Positions 29,401-38,484 of a stretch of DNA of 64,000 nucleotides are shown piece by piece. How positions within the stretch are numbered: position 1 is the first letter of the stretch; every line of letters begins with the position of its first letter. The stretch covers positions 64,001-128,000 of the forward strand of contig JBBRLX010000008.1 of the NCBI GenBank assembly GCA_038231135.1. Reading direction: 5' to 3'. The notes under the pieces were generated by a model. That model saw nothing but the letters and a program-made list of their open reading frames with translations, was not told the origin of the DNA and searched no databases. Origin of the DNA: Candidatus Eiseniibacteriota bacterium (GTDB taxonomy: Bacteria; Eisenbacteria; RBG-16-71-46). The position numbers were made by a program, and so were the translations under genes.

Positions 29401-29754
29401 GTCGAGGCCGCTGTTCTGCCGGACCTTGGCGAGCACGAACGGCGTGACGCCGTCCGAGTAGTTCATCCCGCTGCCCTTCGGCGCCTCGGCGGAGTGGAAC
29501 ACCGACAGGTCCACGTTGCCGGGATCCGCCGGGTAGTCGCCGACCATGCCGAAGTTCCAGAACACCGTGCGCAGGTTGTTCGCGTCGTGGGTGCCCGACC
29601 GCTCGGCATCGATGCGGCCACGCTCGGCGGGCGGCTGCGAGGTGGCGCCGGCGGGCCGCGGTGGCGCGGAGTGCTTCGCGGCGGCGGCCGGACCCGCCGC
29701 GGCGCACAGCGCCAGCGCCGCGGTGATCGCCGCCGCCCACCGCGCGCGCATCAC
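26434..29754 (-). CDS. Large secreted hypothetical protein (1106 aa) with Asp-rich Ca-binding-like motifs, an FN3-like domain and a variant T9SS-like CTD
   Basis: Signal peptide; DNDGDGITDE and DVGADGIPD motifs; VRLSWD..FEGYRIYR..YYYAVTSYD (FN3-like); C-terminus YVVPNPY..IRIYTVRGDLV..WDL..KFAVIK. Confidence 0.85.
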   Translation of the reverse strand: MMRARWAAAITAALALCAAAGPAAAAKHSAPPRPAGATSQPPAERGRIDAERSGTHDANNLRTVFWNFGMVGDYPADPGNVDLSVFHSAEAPKGSGMNYSDGVTPFVLAKVRQNSGLDAYIMETGFRERQGISPYFNRVMRFEPRPGFSQADPTINRGRSPAISNDPRTWPNRWPDKLIDPDDPGWSGSWDGYFGKRPAADQESFTVMDDDFYDAFDFNPDSTDLSRHGLGLRVEVRGFQWSNPQAGNVIFWHYDITNEGTTTYDDNVVFGLYMDSGVGGSALSCDGVYESDDDNAFFDKSLGLNLVYTWDTYGHGVDLAGRCSPTGYMGYSYLETPGNPFDGVDNDGDGITDEKRDGGPGTLIEGKPAIRAYVEAHYDLAKFEAYYGLLDNRPAFRAGRWWTGDEDLDWTADLNDVGADGIPDTHDTGEGDGIPTEGEPNFDRTDLNESDQIGLTGFKMNRIKAGVGNPDTRTDDILFFTDNNNWPQRLYEHFTDLNPAARFDSAVAANYNIGFLFASGPFRLEAGKRERFSLALSYAADLSELRETIHTVQQIYTANYQFAVPPQQPTLRAEAGDGKVRLSWDDVAERSIDPVSFVNDFEGYRIYRATDPDFLDAHVLTSGRGNPLPVNGKPIIQFDLKDGRQGYSKKTVDGVAYFLGNETGITHTWTDTSAVNGQQYYYAVTSYDYGSPDGVPDSLAFYPSENSISVSRTPRGGLILPPNAVAVRPNPMVPGFVGATVDTAAHVAGRGSGQVALRIVDSNLIPQDHVFKITFATPDSDSIRATSYAMFDSTAGTRLFGSGTDLNGEGIGPVGDGLLPVIVNAPETTVDPTRTGFEPDSNVGRTNTRLSVIYSKTLGSNFRRPGYPDDITITFYDVVKDTAIVAGIGFQAKPAKFLIVAHTPQGDRQLDFRFRDFDNNGTLSRADELIDIMTFANVATRDSQVTWRVQLDTLGQGLRGPIVAPHAGDVFDLRLRRPLSSDDVFTFSTQAQHVDPAAAKVAWADKPYVVPNPYTGAASFEPARFATSGRGDRRLEFRAIPQGSVIRIYTVRGDLVQTLRQDGSNNGFVAWDLRTRDNLDVAPGLFVYHVAAPGIGDYVGKFAVIK

Positions 29755-32492
29755 TGCCCCACCTGCATGCTGACGCCGAGCTGGACCTTCCGCGGCGCGA
29801 AGAACCGGGTCGGATTCGCGAGCTGATCCGCGTCACGGACCAGGTCCGCCGTGGGCGCGTAGTACGGGCTGCCGGTGGTGTCGAACACGTAGCCGTTGAA
29901 GTACCGGGTGTCGAACACGTTGAACACGCGCGCGAACGCGCGGACGGCCCCCGGGCCGCGGCCGAACGTCTTCTCGCCCCGCAGGTCCACGGCCATCGAA
30001 GCCGGGTGGCGTCCGGAGTTGTCCTCGAGCCCGAAGCCGAACCCGACAGCACGCACCGGAGTGTAGGGCTGGCCGCTCGCCACGCGTACGACGGCGCTCA
30101 AAGAGAACCCGCTGTCGCGCGACGCCTCGACCGTCGCGTTGAGCGTATGACGCTGGTCCCAGTTGAACGGCACCTGCCGCGGCCGCGGATCCTCGCCCGC
30201 CGACGCGCGGGTCGCGGTCTCGCGCGGGTCGCTGGAGTTGCCCTGCGCGAGCTGCCAGGTGTAGTCGATCGAGCTGCTGAACAGGCCACGGCGGCGCTGC
30301 GACAGCGCGATCGTCACTCCGGTCACGCCCCCGAAGTCCACGTTCGTGAGCCGCGCGTACTCGGCGCCGTTGTAGGTGGTGACGAACTGGACGCCCAGCA
30401 GGTCACGGATGTCCTTGTAGAAGATGCCGGTGTCGAGCCCGAGCCAGTCCGTGAGCCGCTGTTTGTAGCCGAACTGATACTGCACGGTCTTCTCGGGCTT
30501 GATGTCGGGATTGCCCATCACGCTGAAGTTCGGGACATCCGCCTGCAGATCGCTCAGCACCCCGTAGTTGGAATTGGTGAACACGTCGCCGATCGACGGC
30601 ATCTGGTAGAAGTGGCCATAGGCGAAGAACAGCGACGCGTCGCTCGTGACGGGGTACGACACGCCGACGCGCGGCGAGATCGAGTACTTGGCGGACGTGC
30701 GGACCGGATGCGACAGCGGCGCGCCCTGGATCGAGTTCGCGGGATTTTCGAGGTCGCTCGGCAGGCTGGACCGGGCGTCGAAGAAGTCGAACCGGAATCC
30801 CGCGCGCACGCGCAGGTCGTTCCACTCGCCATCCTCCTGCGCGAACGCGGCGCCGATCAGCGGCGAGTTGAGCTGAACGCCCGGAAATTTCGGCGGGTCA
30901 TGGTCGTAACGCGCGAGGAACTGCCGCCCGGTGAGGGAATCCGTCACGTACGACAGCACTCCGGGACTGCCGAATTTCACCTGCGGCCACTGCATCTCGG
31001 CGCCGAGCTTGAGCGTCTGGTCGCGGTTCACCTGGTGCGTGAACGACGACTTCGCCACGATCGCGTCGGTGTTCTGCTTGAACCGGTTGAGGTCCACGCC
31101 CTGGACGAACGCGTCGTACAGGAACCCGGGCACGTTCTTCGGCGGACCCGCGAGGTCGTAGCGCGGGTCGTACAGGTTGTCGAACGCGAGGTCCTTGTAG
31201 TCGAAGTAGTTCTGCCGCAGGCTCACGTTGTAGAACGTGGCCTTGCTGACCGTGTGCGTGACGTCGACGCCGTGCGCGACCGAGAACGTGTGCTGCCGGG
31301 TGAGACCCTCGGGGTCGAACCGGTAGTTCCAGTCGGCGCGGCGCGAGTCGATGTAGTTGACGATGGCCTGATAGCCGATCTCGACGTTCGGGATCGACCG
31401 ATTGGTGACTTTGCCGATGCCCGACCACTCGCGCGAGAAGCCGAGCGGCTCCTGGCCCAGGTCGCCGTCCGGGTTGGTGGCCTTGGCGACCGGATTCCCG
31501 GTCGGGGTCAGCCACGGCGTGTAGACCCGCGTGCCGCGCACGTAGTCGTCGAACAGGTGGTAGCTGCCGCTCGTCAGATACGTGGTCTTCGGCACGAACA
31601 GCGGGCCGCTGGCGCTGAGCTGGTAGTTCTGCTCGCCCGCCGGCCAGAACGCGTAGCGCGGCTGCGGGATGAATGACCGGAAGAACACCGGAGTCGAGGA
31701 CGGATCCCGGCGCGCCACGTCGTACAGGAACCCGCCGCTCAGCACCTCGCCGTCCCAGCGGAACTTCTCCGAGCCCCGCCGCAGCACCGCGTTCACGACG
31801 CCGCTCATCGCCTGGCCGTACTCGGCGTCGAACGTGCCGCTGATGACCTGTACCTCCTCGAGCAGCGAGCGGTCGATGCGCAGGCTCGACTTGTTGTCGT
31901 AGGCGTTGTTCACCGACACGCCGTCGACCTGGAACTGCACCTCGCCGCCGCGGCCGCCGCGGAAGTGCAGATCACCGCCCTGCGACACCACGCCCGCCTG
32001 GAGATTGACGATCTCCTGCAGCTCCTGCACCGGCAGGGCGTGGATCTGGGAGCGCGTGATCGTGGCGGTGCTTGACGTCTGCTTCAGGTCGACCACCGGG
32101 CGCTGCGCGCTGACGACGACCTCGGTCATCGCGATCGGCGCCTCGTCGAGCGTCACGTCGAGGGTCGCGGTGTTGTCGGCCGACACCTCGACGCCGGTGA
32201 CGGTCGTCGCGCGATAGCCGAGCAGCCCGACCTTCACGTCATAGGCGCCGGCGGGGATGTTGAGGATGACGTAGCGGCCGTCGGCATCGGTCAGGGCTCC
32301 CAACCGGGCGAGCGGCACTGCGATATTGACCCCGGCGAGCGGCTGCTTCTTCTTGTCGACCACGCGTCCCGACAGCTTGCCCGTGGTGCCGGCCAGCGCG
32401 GATGTGGAAATGGCCAGCCACCCCATGGCAAGCAGCACCCCCGCCATGGAGGACGCGCTGCGCAGCACAATCGACCGGTGCCCGGCGTTCAC
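29751..32492 (-). CDS. TonB-dependent receptor with N-terminal carboxypeptidase-regulatory-like domain
   Basis: GTTGKLSGRVVD N-domain; plug HFRGGRGGEVQFQVDGVSV and ISGTFDAEYGQAMSGVVN; GNPDIKPEKT; SD AGGGGAG before GTG 32492. Confidence 0.92.
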   Translation of the reverse strand: MNAGHRSIVLRSASSMAGVLLAMGWLAISTSALAGTTGKLSGRVVDKKKQPLAGVNIAVPLARLGALTDADGRYVILNIPAGAYDVKVGLLGYRATTVTGVEVSADNTATLDVTLDEAPIAMTEVVVSAQRPVVDLKQTSSTATITRSQIHALPVQELQEIVNLQAGVVSQGGDLHFRGGRGGEVQFQVDGVSVNNAYDNKSSLRIDRSLLEEVQVISGTFDAEYGQAMSGVVNAVLRRGSEKFRWDGEVLSGGFLYDVARRDPSSTPVFFRSFIPQPRYAFWPAGEQNYQLSASGPLFVPKTTYLTSGSYHLFDDYVRGTRVYTPWLTPTGNPVAKATNPDGDLGQEPLGFSREWSGIGKVTNRSIPNVEIGYQAIVNYIDSRRADWNYRFDPEGLTRQHTFSVAHGVDVTHTVSKATFYNVSLRQNYFDYKDLAFDNLYDPRYDLAGPPKNVPGFLYDAFVQGVDLNRFKQNTDAIVAKSSFTHQVNRDQTLKLGAEMQWPQVKFGSPGVLSYVTDSLTGRQFLARYDHDPPKFPGVQLNSPLIGAAFAQEDGEWNDLRVRAGFRFDFFDARSSLPSDLENPANSIQGAPLSHPVRTSAKYSISPRVGVSYPVTSDASLFFAYGHFYQMPSIGDVFTNSNYGVLSDLQADVPNFSVMGNPDIKPEKTVQYQFGYKQRLTDWLGLDTGIFYKDIRDLLGVQFVTTYNGAEYARLTNVDFGGVTGVTIALSQRRRGLFSSSIDYTWQLAQGNSSDPRETATRASAGEDPRPRQVPFNWDQRHTLNATVEASRDSGFSLSAVVRVASGQPYTPVRAVGFGFGLEDNSGRHPASMAVDLRGEKTFGRGPGAVRAFARVFNVFDTRYFNGYVFDTTGSPYYAPTADLVRDADQLANPTRFFAPRKVQLGVSMQVGQ

Positions 32493-32577
32493 GGGGCTCC
32501 CCTGCTTCATGCGTTCATGCGCGGCCGTGTCGATGGGAACGGGACGGGCACGCATGCCCGTCCCTCACCCGAAACTC

Positions 32578-34485
32578 TCACTTGAGAACCAGCATCTTGC
32601 CGGCCAGTGAACCCCCCGCGGCTCCGGTCACGGGATCCGTGATCCGCAGCCGGTACAGATAGATCCCGGCGCCGAGGCCATTGCGGGCGAACGACGACTT
32701 GCGGTCACCCGCCAGCTGGAGCCCGAAGTCGCGGTGCGTGACGATGCGGCCCTGCAGGTCGAACACCTCGAGCCGCACCTTGGACGCACGCGGCAGAGAG
32801 TACTGCATCACCGTAAGCTGGCGGAACGGATTGGGATAGTTGCCGATCAGCGCCAGTCTCGCCGGCAGCGCACCCGGATCCCCAACCCCGCTGATGAACG
32901 AGTTCACGTCGAAGTAGGCGGTGGCCGGACAACATTCGTCCTCGTATTCACGCCCCCACCACGTGCGCGTGCCATAGCTGTCGGTGATGGGACTGAACGA
33001 GTCGCCGTCGAGCATGTCGATGCCGATGTAGAGCGGCAACGCGCTCAGGCCGTGCGGGAAACCGAGTGCCGTCATGTTGATCGCGAGCTCGGCGGTATAG
33101 CCCTGATCGGGCGTCGTGCCCGTGGTGTCGACCGTGGTGCCGGGCTTGAGCTTGAGCGCGATGCGCGCCGCGTGCGCGGTGTCGCGCAGGAACGGCAGGT
33201 AGTCGTCGAGCAGCAGTGAACCGCCGGGTCCGACATGGAAGCCCAGCCGCCGCGAGATGCGCGTGCGGTCCTTGCTGCGGGCAACGGCGGTGTCCTGGAT
33301 CGTGACGATGAACCCGTCCCAGCGGTCGAACAGCGGGTGCGTCTGCACCACCTGATCGCGCACGTCGAAGCCGATGTAGAACGTGTCGGCCTTGAATGCC
33401 CAGTGAATCGTGGCATCACCGGGATCGACGACCGGCGCCAGGCCACCGTTCACCGGGGGCTGGTAGAAACCCGCGCGCCACTTCATCACGCCGGGATAGG
33501 TGTTGCGCACGTCGAAGTCGCCGTAACGCATGTCGAAGTGCTGGGAGGTCTGCCACGCGGCATCGGTGAGGAAGCCGTCGATCACCGGCGGCGGGTAGTT
33601 GCCGAGGTTGGGAATCCGCACCTCGGGACCGATGGTGGGCACCGCGCCGGACGCGACGTTCACGTCGGGGCGCGCCATGATGCGCACTTCGTCGTAGTTC
33701 ATCTGGTTGCCCCACGGCCCCTGCCACCATGCGCGGTTCACGCTGAACCGCGCGCCGTTGAGCGGCCACAACCAGTCGGTGTCGTAGATCGACAGGTTCC
33801 ACTCGATGATGTCGCCGTTGGCGGCCGATGGCGTGTACCCCATGCGTCCGACGTCGATGCGCATCTCGATCGTGTAACCCGAATCGGGCGAGGCGTCGGT
33901 GTTCGACTGGCCGCCGCGCACCTTCGTCACCGCGTCCCAGGCCTGGATCTCGTCGGCGGTGCGAGCGGTGGAATCGTTGTTGGAGCTCCAATAACCGCGG
34001 AACGAGGGGACCGCACCCGGGGCGTTCAGCGCCGGGATGTCCGGATGCCACCACGAATAGAAGTATTCGACCGGGCCATGGATCGAGGCGTTGGGATCAC
34101 GATGATCCTTGAGCGCCATCAGGATGCCGTCGAACCGGTTGAAGTCCACCGAGCCGCCGACCGAGCTGTCCCGGCACGTGATGCCAAGGTACAGCTGGTC
34201 GCCGCTCACGAGGAACTTGACGGTGGCGGACGTGCTGTCTTTCGCGATCTTGCCGGCTTCCTCCTTGAAGCCGCTGCCGGGGTCGCCGTTGTCGACGCCG
34301 TAGCGGATCGTCCAGCTCTGGGCGGTCGCCCACGCCGGCTCGCCCAGCACGCCGTCCAGTGTGATCGGCTGGCCGTTCGTGTTGCGCGCCCAGATCGCAT
34401 CCTGGCGCGGCGCCTGCGCGAAGGATGGCATCGCCAGCGCCGTACAGGCGCCCGCGAGCAAAAATACCGACAGGATCCGCTTCAT
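32578..34485 (-). CDS. Secreted protein with two CBM9/DOMON-like domains and a T9SS-like CTD
   Basis: Signal peptide and SD AGGAGGAG; ITLDGVLGEPAW...GYTIEMRI and VIDGFLTDAAW...GYTAELAI; CTD GNYPNPF..VFDLQGR..GIYLYRL. Confidence 0.8.
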   Translation of the reverse strand: MKRILSVFLLAGACTALAMPSFAQAPRQDAIWARNTNGQPITLDGVLGEPAWATAQSWTIRYGVDNGDPGSGFKEEAGKIAKDSTSATVKFLVSGDQLYLGITCRDSSVGGSVDFNRFDGILMALKDHRDPNASIHGPVEYFYSWWHPDIPALNAPGAVPSFRGYWSSNNDSTARTADEIQAWDAVTKVRGGQSNTDASPDSGYTIEMRIDVGRMGYTPSAANGDIIEWNLSIYDTDWLWPLNGARFSVNRAWWQGPWGNQMNYDEVRIMARPDVNVASGAVPTIGPEVRIPNLGNYPPPVIDGFLTDAAWQTSQHFDMRYGDFDVRNTYPGVMKWRAGFYQPPVNGGLAPVVDPGDATIHWAFKADTFYIGFDVRDQVVQTHPLFDRWDGFIVTIQDTAVARSKDRTRISRRLGFHVGPGGSLLLDDYLPFLRDTAHAARIALKLKPGTTVDTTGTTPDQGYTAELAINMTALGFPHGLSALPLYIGIDMLDGDSFSPITDSYGTRTWWGREYEDECCPATAYFDVNSFISGVGDPGALPARLALIGNYPNPFRQLTVMQYSLPRASKVRLEVFDLQGRIVTHRDFGLQLAGDRKSSFARNGLGAGIYLYRLRITDPVTGAAGGSLAGKMLVLK

Positions 34486-34610
34486 AGACTCCTCCTGAAA
34501 GCGACGGCGCACCGTACGGACCTCTGCCACGAACGCAACGGCGGTTCGCGGCTGCCTGGCCCGGACGGAGCCGGTGACAACGCGGCTCGATGGAAACGGT
34601 GGAATGATCA

Positions 34611-35708
34611 TCAGCGAAACTCTTCGGTGCGCCGCTCGCGCGTCGCGGTGGTCATGCTCCCGCCGGCGGCGAACGGCTCGCCGGCGCGTGATTGCGGGGT
34701 GATCGCCCGGGCGGATCCGCAGGATTGCCGGATCACGAGACTGGTGGGCAGCACCTCATGGCGGTGCGCCTCGGCCGGCGCGCCCGCGCGCGTGCGGTGC
34801 AGCAGCCGCTGCAGCGCTCGCGCACCTAGCTGAAACCGGTCCACGCGCACGGTCGAGAGCGGCGGCGACAGATAGCGCGCGGTCTCGATGTCGTCGAATC
34901 CGGCGACGGCCATGTCGTCCGGCACGCGCACGCCGGCCTCCGCCAGTGCGCGCAGCACGCCCACGGCCATGTGATCGTTCGCCACGAACACCGCGGTCGG
35001 CCGCGGATCGAGAGCGAGCAGCGCCGCCACCGCCTGATAGCCCGACGGTTCCGTGAAGTCGCCGGCGAGCTCGAGTCGGCGCGACCGCTCCGCCCCCACC
35101 TCGCGCAGGCCGGCGCGGTAGCCGGCGAGGCGCTGGCGCGCGTCGACGTTGCGCACGGGACCGGACACCGTGGCGATCGAGCGATGGCCGAGCGAGAGCA
35201 GGTGCTGGACCATCGCCTGGGCGCCCTCGACGTTCGCGATCGCCACGCTGTCGTGTTCGGTGAATTCGGTGCGCGGGTCGATCAGCACGATCGGCACGTC
35301 GCCGGCCCAGCCGCGGATCGAGCCCATGGATTCGACGTCCGGAGCCATCACGACCAGGCCGTCGATGCGGCCGCGCATCGAACGCAGCGCCGACGCCAGC
35401 TCGTCGATGCCCGAGTGCGAGCTCGACACCAGCAGGTGGAAGCCCTCGCGGCGGGCCGTGACGTCGAGGCCGCGGATGACGCCCGAGAAGAACTCGCCAT
35501 GGAGGTCGGGCAGCAGCACCCCGAGCGTATGGGTGCGGTTCGTGATCAGACTGCGCGCCATGGCGTTGGGCCAGTAGTTGAGGCGCGACGCGACGGCGCG
35601 GACCTGGCTCTCGGTCGTGGTGCTGACGAGACCCTTGTCATTGAAAACGCGCGAAACCGTGGCAATCGAGACGCCTGCCTCGCGAGCCACGTCCTTGATG
35701 GTTGCCAC
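34611..35708 (-). CDS. LacI family transcriptional regulator
   Basis: ATIKDVAREAGVSIATVSRVFN HTH; YWPNAMARSL; AGFDD; GTG start with SD GGAG. Confidence 0.96.
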   Translation of the reverse strand: MATIKDVAREAGVSIATVSRVFNDKGLVSTTTESQVRAVASRLNYWPNAMARSLITNRTHTLGVLLPDLHGEFFSGVIRGLDVTARREGFHLLVSSSHSGIDELASALRSMRGRIDGLVVMAPDVESMGSIRGWAGDVPIVLIDPRTEFTEHDSVAIANVEGAQAMVQHLLSLGHRSIATVSGPVRNVDARQRLAGYRAGLREVGAERSRRLELAGDFTEPSGYQAVAALLALDPRPTAVFVANDHMAVGVLRALAEAGVRVPDDMAVAGFDDIETARYLSPPLSTVRVDRFQLGARALQRLLHRTRAGAPAEAHRHEVLPTSLVIRQSCGSARAITPQSRAGEPFAAGGSMTTATRERRTEEFR

Positions 35709-35788
35709 TTGGATCTCCGCCGTTACGCTGCCGGCGAGCCACCCTGCGCGTTCGTCGCGAACACGAACGGGACGACTCCCGGCGTGTG

Positions 35789-35824
35789 GATGTAAACGAT
35801 TACACCGAGACCGAATCATGTCAA
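35789..35824 (-). promoter_or_regulatory. LacI-type operator 1 (TGTAAACGATTACA, 35791-35804) beside a TTGACA -35 element upstream of the lacI-family gene
   Basis: Near-palindrome TGTAA-A-CG-A-TTACA; TTGACA on the minus strand at 35824-35819; identical copy at 38487. Confidence 0.85.
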
Positions 35825-35847
35825 CCGAAGCGTGTCCCGGGGGGAGG

Positions 35848-35934
35848 TGAACAACGGCCCGCCCGACTGGGGCGGGCCGCTGCGTCACCCGATTCCCGCC
35901 TCCGGGATCCGGCGGTTGCCCGCCGGATCCGGAG
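35848..35934 (-). terminator. Two hairpins downstream of the 35946-38285 gene; the distal one is followed by TTGTT
   Basis: GGATCCGGCG..CGCCGGATCC (35905-35930) and CGGCCCGCCC..GGGCGGGCCG (35855-35879). Confidence 0.6.
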
Positions 35935-35945
35935 CGGAAGCGGAA

Positions 35946-38285
35946 TTACTCGATCACCACCGCGCGGGTGGTGAGGCTCTTCGCACCCTGCGTCAGGCGC
36001 ACCATGTAGACACCCGGACGGAGCGCAGCACGCGCGCCGAACGAGATCGAATGGTTGCCCGCACCCAGCGTACCGACCTCGCGGAACGCCACCTGGCGGC
36101 CCGTCACGTCGTACAGCCCGAGCGTCGCGCGCTCGCGGGTGGGAAGGCTGAAGTTCACGTTCATCGGACCGCGCGCCGGATTCGGCATGATGCCGCGGAG
36201 CGCGAACGACACCGCGACGTCACCCACACCGGTCGTCGAGTGGATCGTGAACGGATCGCTCACGGCGTACTCGGATTCCGTCACCGGACCGAGATCGTCC
36301 ATCGAGATTGCGTCGATCGACAGCCGCGCCGTACCCGTCTGCGTCTGCGGCACCGTCCACGCGTAGTGACCGGTGTTGGGCAGGCCCTGGGCTTCGATCT
36401 GCCACGTCTGACCATCGTCGAACGACGACATCAGCGTGACCGACTGCACCTGCATGTCGGCCGGCGTCTGCCAGTCCACCGATGCCGTGGCACCGGCGGT
36501 GAGCACCGCTCCCGCCACCGGCGAGATCAGCTGCGGCGCGCTCACGTTCACGTTCTCGATCGCCTCGAAGCAGCCACCACCGAGATCACCCGTCACCAGA
36601 ATCGGTGAGCTACCGGAGTGCAGAGTAGCCTTGACGTCCGAGCGCAGGAAGCGGATGCGCAGCGTCGCGCCGCCGTTCTCGAGCTTCGGTCCCGGCGACG
36701 TCACCGGTGACACGCCGTTCAGCGTAATGGTCGAAGGGTTGATCTGGGCCGCCGTCGCGGGAGCCGTCGGCGTGAGCAGCACGGTGATGAAGTGGCTGTT
36801 TGAGCGGAGGTTCAGGTCGTGGGGCTTGAAGTCGAGCGCCACTTCCGCCGGCGTGAGGCAGGTGCTGGTGAACCGGATGTTGCTCCAGGTCGCCTTCACC
36901 GCGACGTCCAGGCCGTTGCCCAGGCGCGGCTGGAAGTACCCGCCGACGCGCGCGTCGTTCAGGATGCCCCACACGCCGTGCTGTGCTTCCTCGGCCAGGT
37001 TGCCCTTGTCGAACGACAGCGGCCCGCTGGTGTAGTTGGTTCCCTGATAGCCGACACCGTACGTGACCGTCCCGCCGTCACCGTCGGTGAGGGAGTGCGG
37101 ATCGTAGCTGACTTCGAGATGGATCACCTGTCCCGCCGCGTAGTGAATTCCGAACGCGGCCGTGAACGAGTAGAACGGCAGCCGTCCGCCGAACACGGCA
37201 ACTTCGCCGTCCGGGGTGCGCACGTTGAACCGTCCGTCCACGTCCTGCGAGAACCACGGCGCGATCCGGAGCCCGGCCTCACCGTTGCCGGTGCCGGAGA
37301 TCACGAGATCGGTCGAGTAACGGAACTCCGAGTTGTTGTTGAAGATCGCGCCGTCGGCGCCGTTCTCGGAGAAGCTCCAGTTGTGCAGGTTCGCGAATCC
37401 GAAGCAGTCGAGATGCGCGTCCTCGATCGAGATCAGGCTCGGATAGTTGTTCGTGACCGTGACCGTGGAGGTCGGGCAGTCGTTGAAGATACGGGTACGG
37501 GTGACCGCGCTGTTCGGCACCGGAGTGGTCGAATACGCGATGTTGTTCCATGACGCGGCGGTCGTGACATCGACGCCGTTCGCGAGCCGCGGCTGGAAGT
37601 AACCGCCGACCTGCGCCGTGTTCAGGATGCCGTACAGGCCGTGCGGCGGATCCTCGGCCGGGTTGGCCTGGTCGAACGGCAACGGGCCGCTCGTGTACGA
37701 CGTGCCCTGGTAGTCCACCGTATAGATGATGGTGCCCGGAGCGCCGGCGTTGAGCGAATGCGGATCGTATTCCATGCCGAGGCGGATCGTCTGGCCCTTG
37801 GCGTAGTGCAGGCCGAACGCGGCCGTGAACGAATAGAACGGCAGCCGGCCGCCGAAGCAGGCGATTTCGCCGTCGGGCGTGCGGATGTTGAAGCGGCCGT
37901 CGACGTCGGGGGAGAACCACGGCGAAATCTGGAGCCCGGCTTCGCCGTCACCGCTGCCGTTGATCGCGACGTCCGCGGAGAACCGGAACGACGAGTTGTT
38001 GTCGAACTGTGCCGACGTTGCGCCACCGTCCGCGGAGAAGTGCCAGTTGTGAAGATTCGCGAACCCGAAGCAGTCGAGGTGCGCGTCTTCGATCTTGACC
38101 GAACTGGGGTAGTTGTTCGTGACCGTGATCGTAGAGGTGGGACAGTCGTTGAAGATTCGCGTCTTGACGATCGCGCTGTTCGGCACCGGGTTCGGAGCGG
38201 CAACCGCGCTCACGACGAGTCCCACGGCCGCGACCAGCGCCAGCGTGGCACCGGTTACGAAGCTCCTGGGTGTGATCCGCTTCAT
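35946..38285 (-). CDS. Secreted protein with a tandemly duplicated 222-aa unknown domain, Ig-like domains and a T9SS/FlgD-Ig-like CTD
   Basis: Signal peptide and SD GGAGG; two copies of PVPNSA..TRIFNDCPTST..HLDCFGFANLHNW..FGGRLPFYSFT..VGGYFQPRL; CTD MPNPAR..LYDVTGRQV..GVYMVRL. Confidence 0.88.
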   Translation of the reverse strand: MKRITPRSFVTGATLALVAAVGLVVSAVAAPNPVPNSAIVKTRIFNDCPTSTITVTNNYPSSVKIEDAHLDCFGFANLHNWHFSADGGATSAQFDNNSSFRFSADVAINGSGDGEAGLQISPWFSPDVDGRFNIRTPDGEIACFGGRLPFYSFTAAFGLHYAKGQTIRLGMEYDPHSLNAGAPGTIIYTVDYQGTSYTSGPLPFDQANPAEDPPHGLYGILNTAQVGGYFQPRLANGVDVTTAASWNNIAYSTTPVPNSAVTRTRIFNDCPTSTVTVTNNYPSLISIEDAHLDCFGFANLHNWSFSENGADGAIFNNNSEFRYSTDLVISGTGNGEAGLRIAPWFSQDVDGRFNVRTPDGEVAVFGGRLPFYSFTAAFGIHYAAGQVIHLEVSYDPHSLTDGDGGTVTYGVGYQGTNYTSGPLSFDKGNLAEEAQHGVWGILNDARVGGYFQPRLGNGLDVAVKATWSNIRFTSTCLTPAEVALDFKPHDLNLRSNSHFITVLLTPTAPATAAQINPSTITLNGVSPVTSPGPKLENGGATLRIRFLRSDVKATLHSGSSPILVTGDLGGGCFEAIENVNVSAPQLISPVAGAVLTAGATASVDWQTPADMQVQSVTLMSSFDDGQTWQIEAQGLPNTGHYAWTVPQTQTGTARLSIDAISMDDLGPVTESEYAVSDPFTIHSTTGVGDVAVSFALRGIMPNPARGPMNVNFSLPTRERATLGLYDVTGRQVAFREVGTLGAGNHSISFGARAALRPGVYMVRLTQGAKSLTTRAVVIE

Positions 38286-38484
38286 GATTCCTCCAGTGAA
38301 GAGGTGTGGGGTGATGCGCAACGCGGATCCAGCAATCGGATCCTTCGGATCCGTTTCCGACGCGCGACTCGCAGGGACGTGTCGGGAGCGAGGGGGCCTG
38401 CATTCCTCGCACTCAACACGTCGCGAACATATCTGCCTGTCGCCTTCGGGAATCTAGGCGTCGGCGCAGCGCGCCCCGGCCTTC

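Noticed and set aside
26488..29826. Very long antisense or alternate-frame ORFs (e.g. 26488-29826 +, 12709-15276 +, 56151-58736 +, 38950-41070 +)
   Set aside because: Shadow ORFs expected in high-GC DNA. They overlap well-supported genes and have Arg/Ala/Pro-rich, motif-free translations.
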